Positions 24,841-35,161 of a DNA stretch of 64,000 nucleotides are shown here, piece after piece. Within the stretch, counting starts at the first letter, position 1; every line of letters starts with the position of its first letter. Below the pieces are notes generated by a model that ran no database searches, was not told where the DNA came from, and was given only the letters and a program-made list of their open reading frames with translations. Source of the DNA: a virus; the IMG/VR virus record IMGVR_UViG_3300045988_144755; one strand, given 5' to 3'. The position numbers and the translations under genes were made by a program.

Positions 24841-25911
24841 ATGTCTCAGGCAATGCCCGGCGGCACCGAACAGCCGCAGATTTCCAAAGCGTTTATGCGG
24901 GCTCCGTCCAATCCGTATTCTCGTATCGTCAACGAGAAGTTGCAGGCGATGAATAACCAAACGGCTACCCCGCCTGCGGCTCCGGTAACGCCTGCCCCTG
25001 CGCCGACCCCGGCTCCGGCGGCTACCCCGCCCGTGGCTCCGGTAACGCCTGCCCCTGCGCCGACCCCGGCCCCCAACCCGGCTCCAGCGGCTACCCCGCC
25101 TGTGCCCCCGGTGACGCCTGCCCCTGCGCCGACCCCGGCACCTGCCCCACAGCAGCAGACGTATGACCCTGCAATGGTTCACCAGCTCATGATGGAGCGG
25201 CAGCAGCTTTTGCAGGAGCGTGAGGAACTCGCACGTCAGGCTCAGGAACGCAACGACTTGGCTGCGGCTCTTGCGCAGGAACGTGAGGAACTGAGCAAGT
25301 ACCGTCAGCAGCAGCAGTTGCAGAACGCATTGCCGAAAGACGTTTTCGATTCTCTGGAATCCATCGACCCGGATGAAGCCAAGCGCATCACTGAAGCCGT
25401 GTTGCAGGCCACGCAGCAGATTGTCGCCCCTGTCCAGCAGGCGGTGTCACAGCAGGAACAGCGGGCCAATGAGGTGCTCTTGCAGGCGCGTCAGGACGCG
25501 GCGCGGGCGCGGGTGGAGCGGCAAAATGCCGAGATCATGCGGGTTCATCCCGATTTCTTTACCATCCTTAATTCGCCGCAGTATGCCGAGTTCATGTCTC
25601 AGCGGGACGGCCTGTCCTCCAAGACGCTCGATCAGCGTGCGGCTGAAGAATATACTATGGGGAACACGGCGTATGTCATTGACTTGCTGAACAAGTTCAA
25701 GGGCGCGAACGCGACTCCCCCCGTTTCCGAAACTGCCTATACTGTACCCCCTATCCAAGCGGCGGGCAGCAACGCAGTAGCGGCACCCTCGGCTGAGGAA
25801 CCCAACTATTCGTTGCGTGACCTCAATAACCTTTACCAGACGCGGCGCATAGGCCACGAGCAATACCTTGAAATGCTCAAACGGCTGCGGGCCGCGCCCA
25901 CCTCGAACTAG
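24841..25911 (+). CDS. Putative scaffolding protein (356 aa)
   Basis: Lies between portal and capsid genes. Pro/Ala/Thr-rich tandem repeats followed by a long Glu/Gln/Arg coiled coil. AGGAGCG RBS. Confidence 0.5.
   Translation: MSQAMPGGTEQPQISKAFMRAPSNPYSRIVNEKLQAMNNQTATPPAAPVTPAPAPTPAPAATPPVAPVTPAPAPTPAPNPAPAATPPVPPVTPAPAPTPAPAPQQQTYDPAMVHQLMMERQQLLQEREELARQAQERNDLAAALAQEREELSKYRQQQQLQNALPKDVFDSLESIDPDEAKRITEAVLQATQQIVAPVQQAVSQQEQRANEVLLQARQDAARARVERQNAEIMRVHPDFFTILNSPQYAEFMSQRDGLSSKTLDQRAAEEYTMGNTAYVIDLLNKFKGANATPPVSETAYTVPPIQAAGSNAVAAPSAEEPNYSLRDLNNLYQTRRIGHEQYLEMLKRLRAAPTSN
24964..25140 (+). repeat. ~60-bp tandem repeat ×3 within the scaffold-like gene (encodes PAPAPTPAPAATPPVAPVT)
   Basis: Seen directly at nucleotide and peptide level. 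Confidence 0.6.
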
Positions 25912-25921
25912 GAGTTGACCT

Positions 25922-26872
25922 ATGCTTCTGCAAAGTGCAAGCGGTTATCCGGGGATTGAAGCGTCGCCATTGGCGCGGATTGGGTACAGCGATGTCATTC
26001 TTTCCCGCGTCTATGAAGACGACTGGCTCCCCCGCGTTACGGCTTCGGAACTGCTGGAGCCTGTGACGCAGTGCAATCAGGTGATCCAGATCATGCGTGC
26101 CCCTGAAGTCGGCCCGCTGCGTTCGTACCAGAAGAACCAGCAGCTTGTGCCGAACACCGTGGGTACGGATGCCCGGTGCCTCACCATCTGCAACGCGGGC
26201 TATCAGGACGTGAAATTCGACCTGACGGACATTAAGCAGGCGTGTGAAAACTGGGGGCCTTTTGAAGAAAAGATGCTCGAAAGCCTGTACCAGTCCTACG
26301 TGGATTCTCAGCGCCGCTTCGTCCTTGGGCGCATGATGGCGCAGGTTTCCCCGCTGACCTCCCTTGGTGCCGCAGGCCGCCAGCATGACGTTGACCTTGG
26401 CTACCCCGGTTCCCCCCTGCACGTCACGCCGCAGAATCTTCCCGTGGTTCTCGCCAAACTCCAGCGCGTGCTGATCGAACAGAAGCGTTGGCGCGACGGC
26501 GAGATGTTCATCATTGTGCCGCCCATCCTTCGTACCTACCTTGCCATGTCGAACTATGCGAACTCCCTGTGGAGCTGCAAGTGCGGCGGCATCGTCAGCG
26601 GCATGTGGGATCATGAGCTGTTCGGCTTCACGCCCATCGAGTCCATCCATGTTCCGGTGCGCCGTGACGAATCCGGTTCGCTGTCGTTCTACATCATCGC
26701 CGGGCACAAGGAAGCGACGGCCTATGCCTCGAACATCATCGAGTCCCGTCTCATCACCAACGACCCGGATTACTTCGGCGTCCGTTACCAGTACCTTGTG
26801 GCTTGGGGTGCGGAAGTTATCTACCCTGACGCTCTGGCGATGGGTTACTGGACTTTTGACCCCATTAACTAA
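25922..26872 (+). CDS. Putative major capsid protein (316 aa)
   Basis: Position immediately after the scaffold-like gene; size typical of T7-type major capsid proteins; AGGAG RBS. No motif proof. Confidence 0.55.
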   Translation: MLLQSASGYPGIEASPLARIGYSDVILSRVYEDDWLPRVTASELLEPVTQCNQVIQIMRAPEVGPLRSYQKNQQLVPNTVGTDARCLTICNAGYQDVKFDLTDIKQACENWGPFEEKMLESLYQSYVDSQRRFVLGRMMAQVSPLTSLGAAGRQHDVDLGYPGSPLHVTPQNLPVVLAKLQRVLIEQKRWRDGEMFIIVPPILRTYLAMSNYANSLWSCKCGGIVSGMWDHELFGFTPIESIHVPVRRDESGSLSFYIIAGHKEATAYASNIIESRLITNDPDYFGVRYQYLVAWGAEVIYPDALAMGYWTFDPIN

Positions 26873-26885
26873 GGAGACTTGAGCA

Positions 26886-27623
26886 ATGGCAAACGTCAAC
26901 CTGTTCCGGGGCGGCACCCCGGATTACAAAGGCTGGATGTGTGAAGGGCAGTCGGCTGAATACCAGCCCCCGTTCGATGCTCCCCATGTCCCGTATACGC
27001 CCCCGTTCGACAGCCATGCCGATGGTGCCTATGGGCAGGGGTATCTGAACCTGCAATTCCCTCTGGTTCCGAATCTGAACGACACCTACGGGCACCGCTG
27101 GATGCAGAACTTGCTCAAGGGCGTGAAGAATGTGAACGACATCATCTTCACGAACTGGGTTCCCACCCGCGCCTATGTCGAATCCCTATACGTGGAAGTC
27201 ACCCACACCGACGCCATCCTTGACGGCGTATACGTCACCCCCGTGGCGTACCGGGTGGATTGGGATTTCACTACGGAAGAATATCTGTACAAGGAAATCA
27301 CCGCGTTCACCGATGAGCTGACCGCTGCGGGCATGACGCAGTTGCCCCTCGGCACCCCGCAGGACGGCGACCGTCGCTACCTTATGGCGCGCCTGTCCAC
27401 TGACGGCAGCAAGCTGCCCTGCACCTTCGGGCACAACATCGTGAAGCGGGACAAGAACGGCAAGCCCACTGATGGGTATGACGAATACTTCGGCACGGTG
27501 CTGCTCGGCCTTCAGGTTGTGCAGGGCGATGCGGAAAAGATCGCCAGCATCTGGAAGTCCAACATTGCCGTGTGGATGTCTGCCAAGCTCATGGCCTTTG
27601 AAGGTGCCACGCAGATCGGGTAA
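26886..27623 (+). CDS. Virion-module hypothetical protein (245 aa)
   Basis: AAGGAGA RBS; follows the capsid gene. Confidence 0.5.
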   Translation: MANVNLFRGGTPDYKGWMCEGQSAEYQPPFDAPHVPYTPPFDSHADGAYGQGYLNLQFPLVPNLNDTYGHRWMQNLLKGVKNVNDIIFTNWVPTRAYVESLYVEVTHTDAILDGVYVTPVAYRVDWDFTTEEYLYKEITAFTDELTAAGMTQLPLGTPQDGDRRYLMARLSTDGSKLPCTFGHNIVKRDKNGKPTDGYDEYFGTVLLGLQVVQGDAEKIASIWKSNIAVWMSAKLMAFEGATQIG

Positions 27624-27644
27624 AAACCCAAAGGAAGGTTTCCT

Positions 27645-27836
27645 ATGGCAAACGTAGCGAACACCAAGCACACTGGCCCGGCGTCCAAGGACGCCATCTC
27701 CGGCGGCAAGAAGTTCCCCAACAGCGGGACGGCCCCCCGCGGCAAGGGCACGCCGATGGACAACACGTCCAGCGACGCGCAGCGCCGCATCATGTCGATG
27801 CGGATTCAGCCCGGTGGCCTGACTTCCACGAAGTAA
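27645..27836 (+). CDS. Small basic protein (63 aa)
   Basis: AAGGAAGG RBS. Confidence 0.4.
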   Translation: MANVANTKHTGPASKDAISGGKKFPNSGTAPRGKGTPMDNTSSDAQRRIMSMRIQPGGLTSTK

Positions 27837-27860
27837 CCTACAACTTTGGAGCGATGCGAT

Positions 27861-28361
27861 ATGTCACAGGTAGTCCCTCAGCCGCTTGAACGGAGTACCC
27901 CGGACAAGGTGTTTGATTTACCCAACGACGATGCCCGGATAGCGTACCTCAAATTCCTTGGCGCGAAGAATGTCGATCCCCCCTTGCCGCATTCCACACA
28001 CTTGCGGAACAAGGTCAACGGGCGCATTCTGCCTTGGGATGAAATGTTGGCGGAACAGCGCGACATTATGGAATGTTGCGATGTTTATGGAAATACAGAC
28101 CCTGCTGTCTGGGGGCCGCAAGTCATTGATGCTGCGGGCGTAGATACCGATGAAAAACGCATCGCTCTTGCCAAGGCGCAGGAGGTTCTTTTGAGCCAGA
28201 GCGCCGGGCTTACGGAAACGCATCGGCTGGAGGACGCTCCGAGGAGCCTGTCCCCTCAGCCGATGGCGCTTCCCAATGATGCCGTCCCCTATGACGACAT
28301 TGAATCCCTTATTGACCACGGTGCGGTGAAGAACCTGATAGCGATGCTGGAGGACAAATGA
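27861..28361 (+). CDS. Hypothetical protein (166 aa)
   Basis: Internal Met with GGAGCG RBS. Confidence 0.5.
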   Translation: MSQVVPQPLERSTPDKVFDLPNDDARIAYLKFLGAKNVDPPLPHSTHLRNKVNGRILPWDEMLAEQRDIMECCDVYGNTDPAVWGPQVIDAAGVDTDEKRIALAKAQEVLLSQSAGLTETHRLEDAPRSLSPQPMALPNDAVPYDDIESLIDHGAVKNLIAMLEDK

Positions 28362-29047
28362 TCGCTTCGTCGGTTATCGCTGAAGTTTCCCATGACCTCA
28401 ACGACCAAGTGCCGGGGTACGAATACACCCGTTGGAGCGTGGAGCAATTGCACTCCTACCTTCGGGAAGCCCTTGTCGCTGTAAGCCACCAGTTCCAGAA
28501 GGAATTTGTGGGCATGGTCATTGTGGAACTGGAACCCGGCGGTGACTGGCAGAAAGCCTGCGATTGTTCCAGCATCGTGCGGATTGTCGGCGAGTCCACG
28601 AAGTCCGGCAAACTGCGTCGGTACCTTCGGAAGATTGCCGATGTGGAAGCCGACCTCTGGACGGGGGACATCTCGCACTGTCCCGCACGGGGGAAGGACT
28701 ACGCCATTGATGGGTATTCCATCAGCGTCGTGGACGACAGCCTGTTCCGGGTCTATCCCCCGGTGCCGCCGAACGTGACCAAGTATGTCCTTGTCGAATG
28801 CTTCAAGGAGCCTGACGGGTACAGCTTGGATACGGACGTACCGGAGAAGCTGGTGGCGATGGTGAAGCAATGGATGCTGTACCGTGCGCTGTCGGTGGAT
28901 TCGGAAAACAACCCGACGATTACGGAGCTGGCAAACACGCACCAGAAGACGTACTTCAATTTGATGAAGGCGCTTCTGGAAGCAGAAGAACGTGAGAAGA
29001 TGCTCTATGATGATTTACGAGCCGTTCAAAAAAGTGCCGATAAGTGA
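28358..29047 (+). CDS. Hypothetical virion-module protein (229 aa)
   Basis: ATGA overlap with the upstream gene. Confidence 0.5.
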   Translation: MIASSVIAEVSHDLNDQVPGYEYTRWSVEQLHSYLREALVAVSHQFQKEFVGMVIVELEPGGDWQKACDCSSIVRIVGESTKSGKLRRYLRKIADVEADLWTGDISHCPARGKDYAIDGYSISVVDDSLFRVYPPVPPNVTKYVLVECFKEPDGYSLDTDVPEKLVAMVKQWMLYRALSVDSENNPTITELANTHQKTYFNLMKALLEAEEREKMLYDDLRAVQKSADK

Positions 29048-29657
29048 GTTCCATGAGGAGCTCAAATTTGAGTTTCCCAATCTCGCGCCCACGATGTTCG
29101 ATTACTATCTGGTGCGCGCCGCCATCCAGATGGCGAAGACGGGGAACCTTATCCGGCGCAGGGCCACGCTCAATGCGGAGCACTGCGTTACGCGGTACAA
29201 GCTGGAAGCGTTGGACGACATGGACATCTGCGGCATCCTGAGCATCATGAGCAAGCCTTCATGCAGCGGGTGCGGCCCGCTTGAAGTGAAGCGGGCGTTC
29301 ACGGCTCCGAAGGACTACGAGTGCGTCACGAGGGAGATTGCATGGTACGATGATCAGGAAGGCGTCCTCCATGTGCATCCCAAGTACACGCGCAACAGGT
29401 ACTTCATCACCATGTCGGTAGCTCCCCGCCCCGGCGCGTGCGAGCTGCCGGAAGCGTACAAGACGCAGTTTCTCCCCACCCTGCTGATGGGGGCCAAAGG
29501 GCTCATCATGCTCATCCCCAACAGGCCGTGGTCGAATGTGCGGATGGGGCAAGGTTATTACAATGAGTTCCTCAAACTCATTCGCGACGACGCCATTGAA
29601 GTCGCTACACACAAAATGCGCGGGGCTATCAGGATGAACTTCGGCCCCGCCGTCTAG
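29007..29657 (+). CDS. Hypothetical virion-module protein (~216 aa; start 28992–29010 uncertain)
   Basis: ORF 28992..29657; overlaps the upstream gene end. Confidence 0.5.
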   Translation: MMIYEPFKKVPISEFHEELKFEFPNLAPTMFDYYLVRAAIQMAKTGNLIRRRATLNAEHCVTRYKLEALDDMDICGILSIMSKPSCSGCGPLEVKRAFTAPKDYECVTREIAWYDDQEGVLHVHPKYTRNRYFITMSVAPRPGACELPEAYKTQFLPTLLMGAKGLIMLIPNRPWSNVRMGQGYYNEFLKLIRDDAIEVATHKMRGAIRMNFGPAV

Positions 29658-29665
29658 GAGCAGTT

Positions 29666-29782
29666 ATGCCGCGCACCGCGAAAAAGCCCGATGACAAGAA
29701 GAAGCCCGCCGCTGGCGGCAAGAAGCCCTTGCCGTTTGAAAAAAAGTCTGACAAGAAATCAGGCAGCGGGAAAAAGAAATAA
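29666..29782 (+). CDS. Lysine-rich 38-aa protein (MPRTAKKPDDKKKPAAGGKKPLPFEKKSDKKSGSGKKK)
   Basis: TAGGAG RBS 6 nt upstream; followed directly by a strong terminator; hand-translated. Confidence 0.4.
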   Translation: MPRTAKKPDDKKKPAAGGKKPLPFEKKSDKKSGSGKKK

Positions 29783-29792
29783 AGCCTGTAAG

Positions 29793-29826
29793 CGCCCCGG
29801 TTCCCGAATAGGGCCGGGGCGTTTTT
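29793..29826 (+). terminator. Rho-independent terminator
   Basis: cgccccgg...ccggggcg stem followed by ttttt. Confidence 0.7.
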
Positions 29827-29843
29827 GATAGGAGAAGAACACG

Positions 29844-31253
29844 ATGGCGAAGAAAGTTTGTGACCCACGCATGACTGCAACCTGTGAGGAGAAGGTTCTC
29901 AAGACTCCGATGGAGACAGGGCAATGCCCGTCATGGGAACTTTGCTTGCCATTCGCTGGTAAACTCATCTCCAAGGGCGGCTGCATTGAACTGTTGCCCG
30001 GCACCCCGCCGCCTGATGGCGTCTACGGCAAGGTTGTTGTGGCGAACGGCTGCATCGTCGGGCTGGAGAAAGCCGACATTCCCATCTACAGTGCGCCGCC
30101 CTGTGCCCCTGTGCCGTGTGATTGTGGAAGCGGTGGCGGTGGGGGGGACATCTGCAACGCCTCCACTGAAGCGGGCAATCTGTTTTCTTGCGACGCTTCC
30201 GGGCGGCCTCTGGTCAAGCTCTGGATTAAGGGTGGGGATTCCATCAACGTCACCGGGAACGGTACGGCAAACAACCCGTACATCATTGACTTCACGGGCT
30301 CCACGGGCACGGGGGGCGTCTACATCCGGTCGGGCAACAATGCCATCACCGTTTCCGGCAGCGGCTCCACCGATAACCCCTATGAGGTCACGCACAAGAA
30401 GGGGTTGGAAGGCAAGTACGGCACGCTGTCCTTTGACGAATTTGGGCACCTCATTGAGTACACCCCCACTGCACAGCAGGACGGCATCATGGGGTTGAAG
30501 GAAGGCCGCGGCATCTGCATTGATACTGACGTGGCTACGGGCATCGCCACGATTGGGTTGTGCGACCAGCGGTTCGACGCATACACGGGCACCGTTCAGC
30601 TTGGCGGGTTCAATGTCGAGATCAAGAATGGGGAAGTTGTTGATGTAACGCGGGTAATCAATCTCCCCGCAGGGACATACACGTTCGGCAAGTACGATGT
30701 AACTATCAATGAATACGGGTCTATTACGAATATAGTTGAACGGACAGCCACGACTGGCGATGACTATATGGGTTGCGAATATGTGGGCATATGGAATCAG
30801 CTTATCAGCAATGACCCGGCCCTCGAAAATATGAACAACTATGTTCGTGATTTCATATTGGAATTTGATGCTCCGAAAGATTCTCAGTGGGTATTTACCA
30901 TAGACTACAAAGGTGCTTTTCTCATTGATGGTGTGCTTGTGAATGGAACCAATGTTCTGGTTCCTGCTAGTGGAAACTCTTCAGGTGCATTACCATTCCT
31001 GAAACTTACGGACGCATTCAATTTTACTCCCAGTGTTTCCGCAGATGCTGGCATAAGCGTATCCGTATCTGCATATTCCAGATACGTGTTCAGGCCAAAC
31101 ATGACGTTTGCCGCTGGACATTACGAAGTCCGGTTCCGGGTAAACACTGATGAATACGTGACCAATTGGGTTCGCTTGCCGCAATTCGTGGCGTCGATCA
31201 AACTTGTCGGGAACGCGGCCCACTCCTTAGCTTGGGTTAACTCACGGGACTAG
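29844..31253 (+). CDS. Virion structural protein, possibly tail tube/adaptor (469 aa)
   Basis: TAGGAGAAG RBS; Gly/Thr-rich beta-type composition; position after the head genes. Confidence 0.5.
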   Translation: MAKKVCDPRMTATCEEKVLKTPMETGQCPSWELCLPFAGKLISKGGCIELLPGTPPPDGVYGKVVVANGCIVGLEKADIPIYSAPPCAPVPCDCGSGGGGGDICNASTEAGNLFSCDASGRPLVKLWIKGGDSINVTGNGTANNPYIIDFTGSTGTGGVYIRSGNNAITVSGSGSTDNPYEVTHKKGLEGKYGTLSFDEFGHLIEYTPTAQQDGIMGLKEGRGICIDTDVATGIATIGLCDQRFDAYTGTVQLGGFNVEIKNGEVVDVTRVINLPAGTYTFGKYDVTINEYGSITNIVERTATTGDDYMGCEYVGIWNQLISNDPALENMNNYVRDFILEFDAPKDSQWVFTIDYKGAFLIDGVLVNGTNVLVPASGNSSGALPFLKLTDAFNFTPSVSADAGISVSVSAYSRYVFRPNMTFAAGHYEVRFRVNTDEYVTNWVRLPQFVASIKLVGNAAHSLAWVNSRD

Positions 31254-31257
31254 TCCT

Positions 31258-32925
31258 ATGCAGGTGACAATCAGCAACTTCGGCGGCATCGTTCCAAGGT
31301 ACTCTGACCACAATCTGAACAACATTGCCGCAACGATAGCCCATGACGTGAAGCTGCGGAATGGGCGTCTGGAGGCGTGGCGGGAACTGTGTGATTATGC
31401 CGATGTTGCCGAATCGAACCTGTCGTTCCACCTGCACGGGTGCTGCACGACTGCATGGGATAGGGTCGTGCAGGCGGCGGAAGTGGCCCCCGATTGGGGA
31501 CGGTTCTATATCACCGGGCGCATCAATGCGCTGGAGTCCGTTGTCCTCGACTGCAACTGCAACCCAAGCTATTTCCTTGTCGGGGTGCCGACGCCCTTGA
31601 CGCCCCCGGTCGCCACAGCAACGGAAGAGTGTGACCGGGCGGCGGACGCCCGCGCCTATGTCTATACCTACATCAACCAGTGGTATGAAGAATCCGCCCC
31701 GTCCCCGGCGAGCAACATTGTGCAGGTCAAGGACGGAACGACCGTCACTGTGTCGGGCATCGCCTTCCCGCCCGATGGATACGGCATCATCGGCGCGAAC
31801 ATCTACCGGGCGGCAACGGGGTTCCGACAGGCGGACGGCAAAGTCCAGAAGCCTTTGACGGACTACCTCTATGTGGGAACCGTAGAGTTTCCGAGTACCA
31901 CCTTTACCGATGATGTGAAGGGTATCTACCTAGGACAGCCGCTGGAGACGGGCAAGGTACGGATGCCCCCGGACGGGCTCCGCAATGTGTGCAGCATTGA
32001 CGGGGTTGTCCGGCTGGCGGGCACCACGGTCAACCAAGTCCACCTGACGGAGAATTTCCAACTGCACAACTGGCCCGTCAAATACGACCTGACACTGGAC
32101 AGCGGCATTGTCCACATGGGGAGCCTTGACCAAAAGCTCTATGTCACTACGGATACCATCCCATACATCATCGACGTATCCAGTTGTGAAGACATGAAGT
32201 GTACGCCCGTGCTGGACATCGACACGTCCCTGCCGGATATAAGCTGCGGGCATTCCAGCTCCGCAATCATGACGCCGCACGGGTACATTTACAGTTCCCC
32301 CTACGGGGCGACGCTCATCGACCCGTCCGGGAAGTGGCACATCCTCACGTCCCGCTGGTTGAGCGAGGATGATTGGGCACTGGTGCAACCGAATACGGCC
32401 CGCTTTGCCTATTGGGAGGGGTTCCTTTTCATCGTGACGGATGCCGTTACGTTCCTGCTGGACATCAACGGCGACCCGTATGGCGACATGAACCAAGCCG
32501 AGCTGTCCACCTTATCGGATTCCCCTGTTGACCTGAAGGTATCCAACACCGGGAAGCTGTTCATGTTGCAGAACGGCAAGGTGCGGATGTGGAATGGTGC
32601 CGATACGTTCCGGGAATTTACGTGGGTAAGCCGGGAACTGACGGGCGGGACGGTCAATCATGGCGGGCGCATCCCGTCAGACGACCCGGCGCTTGGCGTC
32701 ATGTGGTCGCCCGTGTCCGGGAAGATACGCACCAAGGGGACGGAGTTCACGCTCATATCCCCAATCCAGCCGGAAGCGTACAAGCGCACCGTCATGGACG
32801 AACGACCGTTCCGGCTGCCCCGCGTGGGGCGGCATATGTGGTACAAGGTGCGGCTCCGGGGAACGGCACCTGTGGAATTTGTTGACCTTGGCACCGCGCA
32901 TTTCACGGTGAACAAGGGGCAGTGA
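31258..32925 (+). CDS. Virion structural protein, possibly tail (555 aa)
   Basis: Large ORF co-directional with the structural module. Confidence 0.5.
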   Translation: MQVTISNFGGIVPRYSDHNLNNIAATIAHDVKLRNGRLEAWRELCDYADVAESNLSFHLHGCCTTAWDRVVQAAEVAPDWGRFYITGRINALESVVLDCNCNPSYFLVGVPTPLTPPVATATEECDRAADARAYVYTYINQWYEESAPSPASNIVQVKDGTTVTVSGIAFPPDGYGIIGANIYRAATGFRQADGKVQKPLTDYLYVGTVEFPSTTFTDDVKGIYLGQPLETGKVRMPPDGLRNVCSIDGVVRLAGTTVNQVHLTENFQLHNWPVKYDLTLDSGIVHMGSLDQKLYVTTDTIPYIIDVSSCEDMKCTPVLDIDTSLPDISCGHSSSAIMTPHGYIYSSPYGATLIDPSGKWHILTSRWLSEDDWALVQPNTARFAYWEGFLFIVTDAVTFLLDINGDPYGDMNQAELSTLSDSPVDLKVSNTGKLFMLQNGKVRMWNGADTFREFTWVSRELTGGTVNHGGRIPSDDPALGVMWSPVSGKIRTKGTEFTLISPIQPEAYKRTVMDERPFRLPRVGRHMWYKVRLRGTAPVEFVDLGTAHFTVNKGQ

Positions 32926-32973
32926 CGAACCCGGACTTATTTTGTATGGTCTGGGAAACAAAGGAGCGAACCA

Positions 32974-33447
32974 ATGCCGACCTACCATTACGACATTCTG
33001 GAACCGGACAGCGACCTCACCATAGCCGTGGACAACCTTCAGCACGAATTGGGCGCGCTGTACAAGGAATCATGGGATACGGATAAACGTGCCGCCTACG
33101 GCGACAAGCCGTTTGCCCTGAACATTGAAGCGTTCGCCCGCATGTGGTTCACGAAGTCGCTGAAGATTTTCATGGCCTATGATGAAAGGAACGACCCCAT
33201 TGGGTTTCTTGTCGGCATTGTTTTCCGCCCGCTCCCCTATGAGGCGACCGTCTTTCAGGTGGAAGACTGGTTCACCCGTGGGAACAAGGAAGTGGAGCGC
33301 GGGCTTTTCCAGCACGTCACCAATGCCATTCGCTATATTGGGTGCGATGAAATCTGGGCGAGCGACAAGGCCAACCGTGATGCCGATTTCGGCACTAACT
33401 GGAAGAAGGCCAACTCCTTTACTCTGAATCGTTATATAAGGGCTTAG
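32974..33447 (+). CDS. Hypothetical protein (157 aa)
   Basis: AAAGGAG RBS. Confidence 0.5.
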   Translation: MPTYHYDILEPDSDLTIAVDNLQHELGALYKESWDTDKRAAYGDKPFALNIEAFARMWFTKSLKIFMAYDERNDPIGFLVGIVFRPLPYEATVFQVEDWFTRGNKEVERGLFQHVTNAIRYIGCDEIWASDKANRDADFGTNWKKANSFTLNRYIRA

Positions 33448-33448
33448 T

Positions 33449-34261
33449 ATGGTCTACGCCGATGATATTGGCTGTAATAAGAACCACGGCGTAAATGACG
33501 AAGGGCGATCCTTTTTCGGGGATTTGCTCTCTCTTGCTGCCATTGCCGCTGCTGCCTACAACTCCGTCAAGGCTGTCCAGATCGCTGAAGACGAATGGGA
33601 GATGGCGAAGAAGTATTGGCAGATTTCAAAGAACTGGCTGGACTATTACAAGGACAACTACGCCCCGGTTGAAGATCAGGAACTGGAAGAGGCGATGAAT
33701 ATCCCGGTGGAGGAACCGGATTATGAAGTTGCCCGTGGGCGCGCCCGCGTCTCCGCATGGTTGGAGTTCCGGGGCATCACAGACAAGGCTATCCGCTGCA
33801 CGTCCCGTTACTGCACCGGGCTTCGTGCGGATATTCTGACCGACCTCTCCATTGCGCAGGCCGCAGCGGTGGCAATGGCGGACGGCCTCGGCTACCGCAA
33901 CGAGCGCGCCTATATCGAATCCCGCAATGAGGTGCGGTTCGAGAAGATGATGAACACAGCGAAGCGGGGCCGGGACATGCTTGCCGACAACGTGTCGCTG
34001 GCAAAATCTGCCGCAGGCATTTACGGTGATTTGTGGAATCAGGCGTGGTCAGGCATTCAGGGGGCGGGCTCTTACTTGGGTTACTACTTCAACCGGAATG
34101 ATACGCAGTACCCCACGACTTACACGGCAGACCGCGCCACAATGCACACGCAGGCGACTGGCGGCTTGGAACCCATCCAAGGATATGCGGCACGGCGTCG
34201 GGCTCAGGTAGAGCAGGCGGGGACGCAGCTCATGAAGGAAAACTCTTTTGCTTTTGGGTAA
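33449..34261 (+). CDS. Hypothetical virion protein (270 aa), paralog of 34265–35152
   Basis: Shares the block YYFNRNDTQYPTTY with the next gene's YYGARNDTFYPTTY. Confidence 0.5.
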   Translation: MVYADDIGCNKNHGVNDEGRSFFGDLLSLAAIAAAAYNSVKAVQIAEDEWEMAKKYWQISKNWLDYYKDNYAPVEDQELEEAMNIPVEEPDYEVARGRARVSAWLEFRGITDKAIRCTSRYCTGLRADILTDLSIAQAAAVAMADGLGYRNERAYIESRNEVRFEKMMNTAKRGRDMLADNVSLAKSAAGIYGDLWNQAWSGIQGAGSYLGYYFNRNDTQYPTTYTADRATMHTQATGGLEPIQGYAARRRAQVEQAGTQLMKENSFAFG

Positions 34262-34264
34262 CAT

Positions 34265-35152
34265 ATGGCAGATTGTACTTGTGCAAACCCGCAGGCGGTA
34301 GCCTCTGCCATAGACGGGACTACCAGCAAGGTTGACGATGTAAGCTATACCCTGCATGGCGGCGCGCATGGCGGGCCGCTTGGCGCTATTGATGCGCTTC
34401 GGTTCTGCCATTGGGCCGCACCCGAATACGGAAACATTGGCGAGAACAATTGGAACGTCGCCTTTAAAGCCGCGGCCTTGGCAATCGCTCTGGCAAATTC
34501 CATTGCTCAGGGTGAGATTGCCGAAAAGCAACAGGACTTGGCGGATCGCTATTACCAGATGGCGAAGTACAAGTGGGAGCGATTCAAGGACAAGTACATG
34601 CCCTTGGAAAAGAAGCTCCTGCTGGAAGTATCAACAGTGCCTGTCCGGGAGCTGAACTGCATCGACGACCGTGACCGTGCGGAACAGTCGGTGAATCCGG
34701 CGTTCTCCACAATGTCTGACTACCTGTCCCGTAATGCAAAAAAGCTCCGCCTGTGCATTGACCCTGCGATTATCAGCGCGATAGAATTGCGCCGGGTTCA
34801 GACGTTGGTGGATACCGAGAACTACAACTTGCAGGACGACCAGTTCTTCACCGACTTCAAGAACGACCAGCGTTGGAACCGCCGCAGTACCGTGCTGAAC
34901 TTGGGGCGCAACCTGAGTTCCCAAGCCTTGAAGTACGGAGATGTCGCCCGCTCCTTGTATTCACAGGTCGGCGCACAAATTGACCAAGCCGCTGGCAGCC
35001 TCATGTCGGCATTGGGATATTACGGGGCAAGGAACGACACGTTCTACCCCACTACATATCTGGGTTCCAACGGAGCGGGTTCTTCTTCTTCTTTGATTGG
35101 TATCCATGCTTTCGGGGGCAATAACCCCACAGGTTTGAATCCAACAGGTTAA
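34265..35152 (+). CDS. Hypothetical virion protein (295 aa), paralog of 33449–34261
   Basis: See above. Confidence 0.5.
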   Translation: MADCTCANPQAVASAIDGTTSKVDDVSYTLHGGAHGGPLGAIDALRFCHWAAPEYGNIGENNWNVAFKAAALAIALANSIAQGEIAEKQQDLADRYYQMAKYKWERFKDKYMPLEKKLLLEVSTVPVRELNCIDDRDRAEQSVNPAFSTMSDYLSRNAKKLRLCIDPAIISAIELRRVQTLVDTENYNLQDDQFFTDFKNDQRWNRRSTVLNLGRNLSSQALKYGDVARSLYSQVGAQIDQAAGSLMSALGYYGARNDTFYPTTYLGSNGAGSSSSLIGIHAFGGNNPTGLNPTG

Positions 35153-35161
35153 GGTGCTGAT

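Noticed and set aside
24846-25076. Minus-strand 76-aa Gly/Ala-rich ORF
   Set aside because: Antisense of the Pro/Ala tandem-repeat region of the scaffold-like gene.
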